The notes beneath the pieces were generated by a model. The model was not told where the DNA came from. It ran no database searches and was given only the letters and a program-made list of their open reading frames with translations. This document shows positions 27,839 to 39,800 of a stretch of 64,000 nucleotides of DNA, in pieces. This stretch comes from an uncultured Planctomycetales bacterium. GTDB taxonomy: Bacteria; Omnitrophota; Gorgyraeia; Gygaellales; Profunditerraquicolaceae. The first letter of the stretch is position 1, and the number at the start of each line of letters is the position of its first letter. The translations under genes were made by a program, and so were the position numbers. The stretch is from the NCBI GenBank assembly GCA_964354795.1, contig CAYHBB010000040.1, positions 12,593 through 76,592 of the forward strand, written 5' to 3'.

Positions 27839-30800
27839 TTAATTTTCCTCCTGGCCAAGATCCTGACTGTTTCCATCATTATCCGTATCGACATCTACAT
27901 AGTCTTTTCTGATAGCGAATAATCTGATGTTTTCTAATGCCTCACTCTTGAAATACGCCAGTCGCTCTGATAGTTCTTTATACATAGGGTAAACCGCGGG
28001 CCTCTTTTCCCATGAAGAGGCCTTTGCTTTTTCTTTTAACTTAAGTTGCATCTGGGATGCTTTTTCAAGGAGTGCCTTGGGATCATCCAATACCAGAGAA
28101 GGAAAATTCTTCTCGACATATTCCGCCTTTACCTGAATAAGAAATAATGTTTCTTGATCATTCAGCGGCTTCCCGGATATTTTATTGGCACTGTTGCGAT
28201 TAACCAGGAATCTGATATTTTCTATCCGTGAATAAATAAATATACCGTCATTACGGCCGATAAGCTGCCCGGATAGAGAAAGCTTTACCGCTTCATCATC
28301 CGGCATTAAGAAAACTCGCATTCCTGCGCGCGAACCCTCAACCACTATCACCTGTTGGGCCCCTGCTAATTTGGTGGATTTAATCAGCTCCGCTGTTTTT
28401 TTCTGGTCAAATTTTCCGATTGCGATCGGGGATTCAGGGACAAGATACGGGAAGTCGCTGATATCGGATATACCCGGGACAAAGATCTCAATAAGGCCAC
28501 CGATGGCATCAGGATTACCTGCCCCGCGCACAGAGTCAATTTTCGGCAAATTCTCGATCAGTTTCCCGATACAGTCAAGGGAGTCTTTTATGGCCTTAAG
28601 GCCTTCCGCGGCAAAACCCCTCTTATCATTAAGCGTAAGATCGAAATATGACTGTATTATATTAACCCTGTTATTGAATTTATGGATCACCGTCCGAAGA
28701 ACAGCCTGAAGGATCATTTTTGAAACCTTATCTTTCGCCATATTTTCTGCGATGTGTAACGTCTTGATCAAAGCATTACATGCGCCTAATGAACGGCTTA
28801 TTGCGGCACGTAATTCTTTTATTGCTTCTGAGCCTTCATCTGTAAGATGTTCCAACTTAAACCCGGATGTTATCGATCGCGCCTTATCGATATCGTTCCT
28901 CAAAATCCTATCCAGGACCCATCCCAGTTGACGCACAATCTGCAAAGGCGTTTTTTCGCCGCTTGGGTTGCGGATAGAATCTTCACAAGCCTTAAAAATA
29001 TCGCCTTCGCCTTTTTGCGCGTCTTTAAGGACTTTATTTATCCTGCAATAAGGGCTGCAAGAAGAGCTTTCGCCATGCACCAGCATCTGAGTAATGATCT
29101 CTCTACCGGATTCCGTCAACGCGAAATTCGTAAGCAGAGGGTCATCCGGCCAGAAATACGGCATAAAGTAATCGCATAATTCATGGCGAAAATCAGCTAC
29201 CCTCCTGCCTGACGTTACCCTATATCTTCTTAAGCTGCCGTTATGCCTGTCAGGGCTGTTTTCCCAGGCATACAAATAATCCTGATTAGCCCAGGTAAAT
29301 AATTCCCCGACTTCATGAGCCATGGATAGCTTCAGGACTTGCTTTAAGAAAGCGATTTTATCATCACGCGTAAATATAAGCCTCGTCGGTGAGAAGCCGG
29401 TAGCCTTGGCCATATCCACCAACTCCCCAAGGGATCCTTCCGGCATATCCGCAACCGTGATCTCCCCTTTTAATAAACCCTGAAGATCATTACGCTGTTC
29501 GAATATAGTAATGAATAGCGGGATGCTGCTCTCGGCCCGACGATAAGTGATCCCTTCCAGCAAGAATGCCGGCAACAGACTGACTGAATCCTGAATATCT
29601 TTATCGTTAAGAACCCTTATAAAGCCTTTCCTTGGCCCGCCTTCCGGAGCGCTCCTGCCGTATTCTCTGCGGTCTCTTTCTATGGTCCTTTCTACTACCT
29701 CCCTATCCTTACCCTCTTTAAGGGCCAACTCCAGGGAATATCTCTCCGCCTGCCTGAAGACATATCCTTCATCGGGATAAAACTCTGAGCTGGGTATTAA
29801 TAAGCGGCTATCTTTGGGATTAGAGTATAATCTGTTTTTCTTTGACTGGATCGTTGCGGCTAAGAGCGGGATGACGAAAAGCGCTGCTAATGCCGGCGGA
29901 GCATGAATTAATCCTGGGATTAAAATCGGGGCTAAGATAAAGCAAAGCGCCACCAGCACGAGGAACGCAATTAAAGTTTGGCCGGATCTACTAAAATTAG
30001 AACCGTCTCCTTTCTTGATACGGCTGGCAAGCCTGGCCACATCCGGCTTTTGGGGATGGGCCTTGCCATCAGACCGGGTTACGTCACCAAGGGCATCGAT
30101 TATATTTTGGATATCCATTTCATAATGCGTGTATAAACCTCCTAATGTCTTTCCCATGCCCGCTAATTTGTTCTTGAAATCACCCTTGGTCAGCTGGGAT
30201 AATCTTGACTTTCCGGCAGCTTCGAGAAGTTTGCGTATGAGGAACCGCTGGATCCTGACATCAACATTTTTCCAAAAGGTCTTTGGCCTATCGAAGAGCC
30301 TTCTTGCCGCTTCCTCCATTTTCTCCTCTGTCGATCCAATCTCCACCATTACATCGCCAAGGGCATCTACCATCTTTTGGACATTCATCCCATAATGCCG
30401 GCATAAACCTGCTAATGTCTTTTCTGAGCCCATCACCTGTGTATTAAAATCGTGCACAGTCAACTGGGATAATCTTGACTTTCCGGCAGCTTCAAGAAGT
30501 TTGCGCATGAGGAACCGCTGGATCCTGACATCGACATTTTTCCAACGAGATACTTTCCTCTCGAGGAGCTTTCTTGCCGCTTCCTCTATTTTCTTATCTG
30601 TCAATTTAAGTTTCACTTCCACATCGCCAAGGGTATCGATGATACTCGGGATATTCCGCCCGTAATAAGCGTATAAAGCGCTTAACGTTTTTTCCGTGCC
30701 CATTATCCCGGTCTCCATAAAATCAATATCCGTTAGTTGGGATAATCTTGACTTTACGCAGGCGCGCAGGAGTTCACATATAAGGAACCGCTGGATCCTT

Positions 30801-33800
30801 ACATCGACATTTTTCCAGCGATCCACTCCCTCCTCGAGAAGGTTTTTCGCCGCCTCCACTATTTGTTCCGCTGGCAATTCAATCTCCACATTGCCGAGGG
30901 CATCGATGATATTCTGGATATTTTCCCCGTAATGACAACACAGACCTATTAATGTTTTACCTGAGCCCAGCACCTCGATATAAAAATCATACGCGTTCAG
31001 CTGGGATAATCTTGACTTTCCTGTCTCTTCCAGGAGTTCGCGTATGAGGAACCGTTGGATCCTTACATCGACATTCTCCCAAAAGATATTTTGCCCCGCG
31101 AAGAGTTTTTTCGCCGCCTCCACTATTTGTTCCGCTGGCAATTCAATCTCCACATTGCCGAGGGCATCGATGATATTCTGGATATTTTGCCCGTAATGAT
31201 TGTATAGACCTGTTAACGTTTTACCCGAGCCCAATACCTCGTTATCAAAATCGTGCACGGTCAGCTGGGATAATCTTGACTTTCCTGTCTCTTCCAGGAG
31301 TTCGCGTATGAGGAACCGCTGGATCCTTACATCAACGTTTTCCCAGAAGGTTTTTTGTTTCTCTAGAAGTTTTCTCGCTGCCTCCTCTATTTGGCCCTCT
31401 GTCAATTCAAGCTCCACATCACCGAGGGCATCGATGATTTTCGCGACATCCCTTCCGTAATAAATATAAAAACCCCATAGCCTTTTTCCTGTGCCCATTA
31501 TCCTGGTATCTTTAAAATCAGGCGCATTCAGCTGGGATAATTTTAACTTTCCTGTCTCTCCCAAAAGCTCGTGTATGAGGAACCGCTGGATCCTGACATC
31601 GACTTTTCTCCAATGGATATTTTGCCTCTCCAGGAGGTTTCTCGCTACTTCCCCTATTTTTTCCTCTGTCAATTCAAGCTCCACATCACCAAGGGCATCA
31701 ATGATATTTTGAATATCACTCCCATAATGACAAAATAGACCGCGTAATGTCTTTCCTGAGCCCATTATTTTGATAGTGCTAAAGTTAGTTGTGGTCAGCA
31801 GGGATAATTTTGACTTTCCCGAGGCCTCCATGAGCTTGCGTATGAGGAAACGCTGGATCCTGGCATCAACATTACTCCAAGAAGCTATTTTTTCTTCGAG
31901 AAGTTTTTTCCCCATCTCCTCTATTTGTTCTTCTTGCAATTCAAGCTCCACATCGCCAAGCGCATCGACCATCTGTTGGATATTGCCTCCGTAATGATAG
32001 CATAAACCGCTTAATGCCTTTTTTGAACCCAGTATCTTGGCATTTGCGAAAGCATCCAGGGTCAGCTGGGATAACCGTGACTTTCCGCTGGCTTCCAGGA
32101 GCTCGCGTATGAGGAACTGCTGGACCCTTACATCGACATTTTCCCAGAGGGTTCTTTGCCTCTCGAAAAGTTTTTTCGCCGCCTCTTCTATCTCCTCATT
32201 TGTCAATTCAAGCTCCACATCGCCAAGCGCATCGACCACCTTTTGGACGCTGCTCCCATAATGGTTGTAAAAACCCCTTAACGTATTTTTTGCACCCAAT
32301 ACCTTAATATCAAAATCACTGCTTGCCAGCCGGGATAACCTTGACTTTCCGCTGGCCTTCAGGAGTTCGCATATGAGGAACCGCTGAACGGGAACAGGAA
32401 CCTTCGTCCAATGGATCGTGCCTTTTTTAAGTAAAAGGGTCTCTCCTTTTGCTTGTTCGTAATACACCTCATTTATTTCCTCAGGCAGGAATTTGCCGCC
32501 TTTGGGCCAACGCTTAAGCAAACTAACTGCGCCCGGAAAGTCCATCGCTGCCGAGGTCAAAAGCGCATCTATAAAACCCGGGAAGTGTTTCTCTATTTCT
32601 GCCGGGGTTAGGCCTACAGCTCTGTCGCGTCTCCTTTTTAATCTGATCAGATCATCTTTAGACATATAATCGGTAGCCTCAAGCCTGGCGTCAAATTCAT
32701 CAGCCCCTGTCTCCTCATACCAGGCTTTAACTTCCGGCAGGTGGCTTTTTATTTTTGCGACCGAATAATACGGCTCAAGCTGTCCCGATATTTCCGACAG
32801 CCTCTGCGCAAAATCTGACCTGACATGATCTTGTGCATCGTACCACTGGACAAGGAGTAGCTCCAGCTGGTGCCGGGTGCGCGCCGGTAAAAATGGCTTT
32901 AATGTCCTAAGTTCAAATAGGATATCTTCTAGTTCCGGATTTTTGCCGGCCAGATCCGTTTTTCTGACGCGGTCTGATGACGGCGATATTATGGCATCGG
33001 CTGATAAATTCGCTGCAAGATATAGGGCTTCGAGCTGGACAGGGTCAACCTCGGTCGTTTCAGGTTTATTTTTTCCAAGCGGCCTTATTTCTGATTTGGA
33101 AAAGAGAAGATCTTTTTCTTCTATTTCAGGAACCCGGGTTACATCTTTTACCTTCCTCAAGATCAAGACGTAGAACTTCTTTTCGACGAGGCTGCGTAAG
33201 GCATCGGCTGCATCTTTTCCCATATCGGATTTACAGCTGTTATATATTCTGTCGTCGAGCGTATTATTGATGGGAGAGTCGCTTACAATTTCAAACCCGA
33301 GTTCTGTTAATATGGAGAAAAATCCTTCGCATGGCTGACAGTTCAACGGAAGTGTGATCGCGAACTCTCCGGTCCGCTCATTCGGTTCCTCTGATGTGGA
33401 TGCCCTCAAAAGCCTGTTCGCATGAACGAAAACTTTGAGCCTCTCCTTTGGCGTAAGATGAACGAATACAAAGTTCGACACTAAAACGTCGTAGGCGCCG
33501 GCACGGTAGTAATCGCTTAAGGGAGCCTGCGAAAGATCAATCGGCCTATCAAGCGTTGCGGCACTTTCGACCAGGACCTTGTTCGGATTTTGGCCTTCTG
33601 AGTAAGATTCCACGTCCTTTTCAATATCTACTATTTTCGCCATCGGCATGGCTTTGCCGATCTGCTTTATTACTGTATAAAAGGCGGAGCGGCCCGCACC
33701 TATATCCATTACATTTTGCACCCTGCCTTCGCCTATTGCCCGCGCGTAGCGGTTTGCCAAATATAAGTTCGCCAGATGCGCCACCGTGGCATTGATGAAA

Positions 33801-36800
33801 TGATCGTCTACCGCTTCGTTGGCGCGTCTTGTATCGCCTCTTGCCCAGGCGCGGCGCGCCTTCTCAAGGGCCGTTTGGGCGCAGGTGAGTTTATTGTAAA
33901 TCTCATCGAGCGCGGTTATTTCTTCCCGGGTCAGGAGGTCTATCGGGCCCTGTGATTCATACCTCTGGATCGCGGAATCGAGGAACGCGCGCTCATTTGG
34001 TGTGAAGTAAAATTCTGCCATACCTTTACGTTTCATAATAACCTTTAACTTATCCAGCGCCTTCCGGACCTTTATTGCGCTTTCGAGTTTTGCGTAAAGC
34101 GTATCAATAATGCCGAAATCGTCATCGCCCACGCCAGAGCGGGCTAAAAGCTCGTTAAGCGACGCCCGCTCATCCGGTGATAACGCCTGGCCAAAACGAG
34201 ATATATCATCCAGCCTCTTTGCGTATAGCGACGCCTGTTTTCGCTTTTTCGCTATGGCAGCTTCGACAGTCCCTTTTTCCGGAGGAAAATGAGTCGCGAT
34301 GTCATCCCTTCCTATGGAGAATTCGAAACCGCTAAGCCTGTTCTTTATCGTTACGAAATAATCAGGATAGTTGCCGAAAGCGTCCGGCTTTTTCCTTGCC
34401 GTAAAGTTGCCGGGGATATAATATATATCGACCGTGCCGTCCGCTGCTTTTATGACGCCCCATTCCTTAATCGCTTCTTCATAAATCTTCGATGAGCTAT
34501 GGGCAACTATCACATTTTCGCCGATGCGGGGTTTTTCCGCTGCGCTAACCACCGCCCCCAGCACGCAGGCGCCGAGAATTAGCGCCAGCCCGTGCACTGC
34601 GGTGAGTGCCGCCAGCGCGCCGATCGCCGCCGATGCGACGCCGATCATTATCAAAATTGAGCTTGCGCCGAACGTATCAGGACCTTCCTTATCATCAGAA
34701 AGGTCTCTGCTTTTATAGGGTTCGATAAGCGTAGCCTTTTCGGGGTCATTTACGATTTGCCAATTAAGATCCGCGGGTTTGATCTCTTTGGCTATCCAAG
34801 CCATTGTCAGATGCAGATGAGCCGGCGCGCTGGTCAACTTTTGACGAGGATCCGCGATTCTAACGATGATATCCTGCGCCCGGCATATCCTACCTTCCTC
34901 AATCCCCTGCTCTGGCTGGACATGACCGTAAATGGTATAGAGTTGTTTTCCCTCTCCATCATAGACTTCATGGTTGACAAATATAGTATTACCGATAAAA
35001 TCGTCGATTATCCGCACAATCTTTCCGCCGTAGATAAGCGGCACTCCTTGGCCCGGTTGGACATATTGAATCTTACCTTGTGAATCTTCATACGAATAAA
35101 GATCTATCCCTTCATGGCTAAAGGTGCTTAAGCGCCCTTTTTTCTCCCCCCACCAATATTTTTGGGCCTCAAAGAGCATATCCGGTTCAAAGACCCACTT
35201 TTTAAACCAGCCCGGCAATTTGAAACTCATCAGCCATTTTAGAACCGGACATGCGGCCAGTTCTCGCAGCGCCAGGCGCCATTCTTGAAATGCCTTATCT
35301 GCTTCTTCGCTGATCTTCGATTCATTCTCTTCAAGCTCATCCTGAATACCGGCTATTTCATCTATCAAACTTATTAAAATCTTTCTTTGTTTGATGATTT
35401 CCTCGGGATTTGCCTCAAACAACTCCCTCAACTCCTTTACCCTATCCCTTGCTACCGCAATTAAATCATCGATCTCTTTCAGGTCTCTTGAGTTCTCCAG
35501 CACAGAATCTGCAATTTCTCCGATATCAATAGAAATCAAGTCAATTAAGTACAATATCCTGTCTTCCCGCTCACTCGTTATCGATTCTTTGCCATCATCT
35601 TTTAACCTGCCTCTTTTCCCAATGGCTTCTCTTATTTTCTCCTGGACTTTTGGATCATTGTTCGCCCGCCAGACGATTGCGCTTTCCGCAAGCCCCATCT
35701 TGCCTTTGTAGCGCGTTTCTTGCGCGAGGCTTCTTACGCTCACAGGCATACCTTTTCTTTTCAATCTCTCTATGGCAAGCGATATTTCTCTATCATATGA
35801 TGAACCGACAACCAAAAGAGCTCTCCTTAGATCCGGATGCTCGTCAACAAATCTTCTGACTGTATTCTCATTACTCAGCAATAATATCGCGATCTCATGT
35901 AGGCTAACGGGAGAGCCTTGCGCCTGTAAATATGATATCGCTGAACGAATACTTTTCTCGGTTACAAAAGTGAATTTCGCATCGTCTGTAGCGGATTGTA
36001 AAGTTGTGGATAAAAGCGGGAAGGCAAAAAGCGCGGCTAATGCCGGTCCCGCCACATGCAAGGCAAATAACGGCGCCAGCACCAGTCCGGCAAACGCAAA
36101 AATAGCACAAATACCCCACAGCGACTCAATGCGGCTTGAGCCGGATTTCCCTGCAGAAGTATCTATCCCTCTGCCTGACCTTATCCTGGCGCAGATAAAA
36201 CTTATGATTGAAACAAAGATGTAGGATATGACTCCGATACCCAAAACTATTCCTACCGGCTTGAGGTATTTCTTGAGGCTAAGCGGTTTTGTCTCGGTTA
36301 CAGCAGTTACCTTAGCCCAATCTTCGGGCGCAACTCGCGCCCTTATCGCCTCCAGCGCCGCTTGTGCCGCTTGGCGCTCTGCTTTGGAGTGCTTGATTTC
36401 ATTCGCAGATATAAAGCGAAGTGAAGGCACGGCGCTTATATCGCCAAACCGGCTAAGCCTATGAATAGCAGCTAAACGGATGTTCAAATGCTTTACCTTC
36501 AGGCATTTCAGTAATGTGTCCCTGTCCGAGACAGACTCGGTAATAGATATAAGGCTTGAAGCTGCGGAATTACGCACCCCCTCATCTTCGTCGCTCAAGG
36601 CTTTAATTAGTGGCTCTATTGCCCTGAGATCTTTAAGCTCGCCCAAAGAACAGGCTGCAACGGATCTTAATCTATCGTTAGATCTGCTGTTTAAGTTCTC
36701 GATAAAAGCTGATACCGCTTGCTGATCGCCGATCCCAATCAGGATCTTGGCTACAGATTCAGAACCATATATTTTGTATATTTCGATTAAAACCGGGACT

Positions 36801-39800
36801 GCTTGTCTGTCTCCGGTTTTACCTAAGGCGATTGCGGCAGCTTCCATATCCTCAAAGCTGTATAAATCCTTAAATTCCTCAGCGAGGGCAGAGAATGCGG
36901 GAGGGCCGATATCAGCTAAGGCCCCCCAATCTTTCATGCCGATCAAATATGCAATCTTTTCCTGTAAGTCTTGCGGCTTCCAATCTAACTTACTTAATGA
37001 TCTTGCGCTGCAGCCACGGAGAAATTGCTTTTCGTTTTTCAGCACTTCGATCAGGGCCGGAATCGCTTGTCTGTCAGATATTTGGCCTAAGACCCACGCT
37101 GATGTACCGCGGATATTGATTTCTTCCTTTTTGTCCCTTAATAATCCTATAAGGACAGGAACTACGGATGTGTTAATCTTGCCTAAGCCAGCCAATGCTT
37201 CTAATGCACACAAGCGGCATTGCAAATTATCCTTATCTTTTAATGCCTCAATAAGGCCTGGGACTGCGGGCTGTCCGATTTCAATGAGAGCTTTAACTAC
37301 CAGGCTGCTAGCTTTGCCTCTTAAGGCTTTGATCAAAACAGGAACTGCAGGTTCTCCGATCCTCGCTAACTCAGTAATACGGGACTGAATGTCTTCTCTC
37401 CTATTATTAGACCAACTGTAATATTCTAAACTGGATATTATCTCCTCTATTCTTTCTTGTGTGACTTTGACTGTTTGAGCAATCAACGGCTTTGCAGCGT
37501 TATTTGTTTCCTGCGCATAGATAGCAGTGGAACTAAATACAGCCCAAGATAAAGCAGACATAACTAATACGATAAAAAGTGTAGAATTGATTTTTCTTGA
37601 TTTGATTCTGGTGTAAATAAAGCTTATGATCGAAACGAAGACGTAGAATATGACGCCGACACCCAAGATTATGCCTGCGGGTTTAAGGTATTTTTTGAGG
37701 TTAAGCGGTTTTTTCTCGGGCGCAGCCGTGGCCTTGGTCCATTCTTCGGGAGTGGCGCGCGCCTTGATCGCCTCCAGCGCCGCTGTGGCTGAATTACGAA
37801 TTTGTTTTGACTGTTTGATCTCATTTACGCTAATATCCCTAAGCGCTGCGATCACGCTGGTATCTCCTATCTCGCCAAGCCTCCTTATAGCAACTGAACT
37901 GATTTCCGGATGCTTTGCCTTTGTAACTTCGCTTAAAGCAGATAAATTTGTGGTATTTTCCACAGTGGCTCTAAGGCCTTCGGTGGCGATTTTGGATACT
38001 TCTTCGTCTTTATCATCCACCAGCCTGATTAACGCACAGACTTTACGCTCGGAATCAATTCTTGCCAACGTACGTGCAGCCGGCAGGCGGCCATATCTTC
38101 TTGTGTCTTTCAAAGACTGAACGAGCGGCTCAACAGCCGGTTCTCCGATTTTAACCAAAGCCTCTTCGGCAAAAGAAGAATCTTCGCTAAAGCCGCCGAA
38201 CATCTGCATAAGGGGCCCTATCGTTTTCTCCGGCCTTATTTTCACCAAAACAGTGATAGCAAATTTCTTGATCTCCGGGTCCTGGACAAATATATCCCTG
38301 ATCAAATATTCGGCTGCGGCCGGAGCGCTATTAACCAGCCCTTCATAATCCTGCTTTGCGGCCATATAGCGTATTTTATCTTCTTCTGATGCGGGAACCC
38401 ATTCCAGCGAAGTTAAGACTGAAACTACGGATTTTCTTTCCTGCGCGTAGTCATTGGAGAGATGTTTTACTAAGCGCGGGAGGCTCGGCTTTCCTATATT
38501 AATGAGCTTCTGCCAATCTTTACAGGCAATAGCGTAATCGATCTCCTCTGCTTCGCCGCGAGGACACCAATCCTTCTTTTTAAGCGCAGCTATTGCCGCA
38601 GATCGGACAGAATCCCTGCGATCAGTAAGAAGGATAAGGATTGAACCCGGCGCTCGGCTTTCGATTTCAAACAGCTTGGCGGAAAGTTCGTTATAATTAT
38701 ATTTCGCGGTTGTATACGAGATCTTCTCGTCCGAAGTCCGGGGTTTCCATCCAGCCATATCCAGAACCTTTATGGCAAGAGAAACTTTTTCGTTATCTGC
38801 ATCAGTAAGGAGATCGACCATTTGCGGGACAGCCGCATTTCTATTTTCCAGCGTCGGAACGATCCAATTATCCCTCTTGTATGCCAATAAAGGGCTTGCG
38901 TTTTCACTGGAAAACTCTTCAATCAATACGGGGGTCTCCTTAATAGAAGTATTGATTTTAAAAGAAAGAAAGATTATACCCGGCAAGAAAATGATCAGAA
39001 ATCCCGGAAGGCACTCTCTTCTTTCAAGCTTGTCCAAAACCAGCAAGAACGCTACTGCTGTAAAAAATCCCCATATAAGCGTACCCGCGGTAATAAGCGC
39101 GGGATTAAGCAGGTAAAGGACGATAAAAAATGCATTTATCAGCATAAAACCTAAAGAAGGAGAGTTTCCCTTGAGGCCGTCATCCCTGAGCTCGCAAATC
39201 AAGCTTATCGCGAAGAGCAATAGGTTTATCACCATCGCGGCAAGGATAACTTTTGCGAAAAAGGGCGTGGCTACGGCGGAACAAAGCTTTAAAACAAGTA
39301 GATAGATTGCTATCGAACCGAAAGAAAGAATATTAAATATCATGCCGGTCACCCCCCAATTTACGGCGGCAGGGTGTTTTTCGTCGAATATCCTTTCGTT
39401 TCCCATTTTACGCATAAAATAATAAAGAACAAAGACGCCTGCCAACATCACTATTACAACTATTCCTAAGCCGATGCCGTCATTTACAAAGGGGGTACTC
39501 AATGCCAATGGCAGAATGGCGCAATTGGCTTGCGTTATTTTTTTGACATCCTTTCCCTTTAGTTTCTGCCTTACAGTTGAGTTTTTACGGGAAAACACGT
39601 AACTTACTGCTGAAGCAAAAATATAAAACAAGGCAAATACTCCTAAGATTAGTCCTACAGGCTTGAGGTATTTCTTGAGGCTAAGGGACTGCTTGCTTGT
39701 TGCCTTGGCCCATTCTTCAGAGGAAACCCGTGCCTTAATCGCCTCCATTGCCTCTTGCGCTGCCTGGCGCTCTTCTTTGGAGTACTTGATTTCGTTTTGG

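Noticed and set aside
30080-32415. Possible CRISPR array or non-coding repeat
   Set aside because: The period is 264-273 bp, always a multiple of three, with codon-wise divergence. There is no short repeat-spacer structure and no cas gene.
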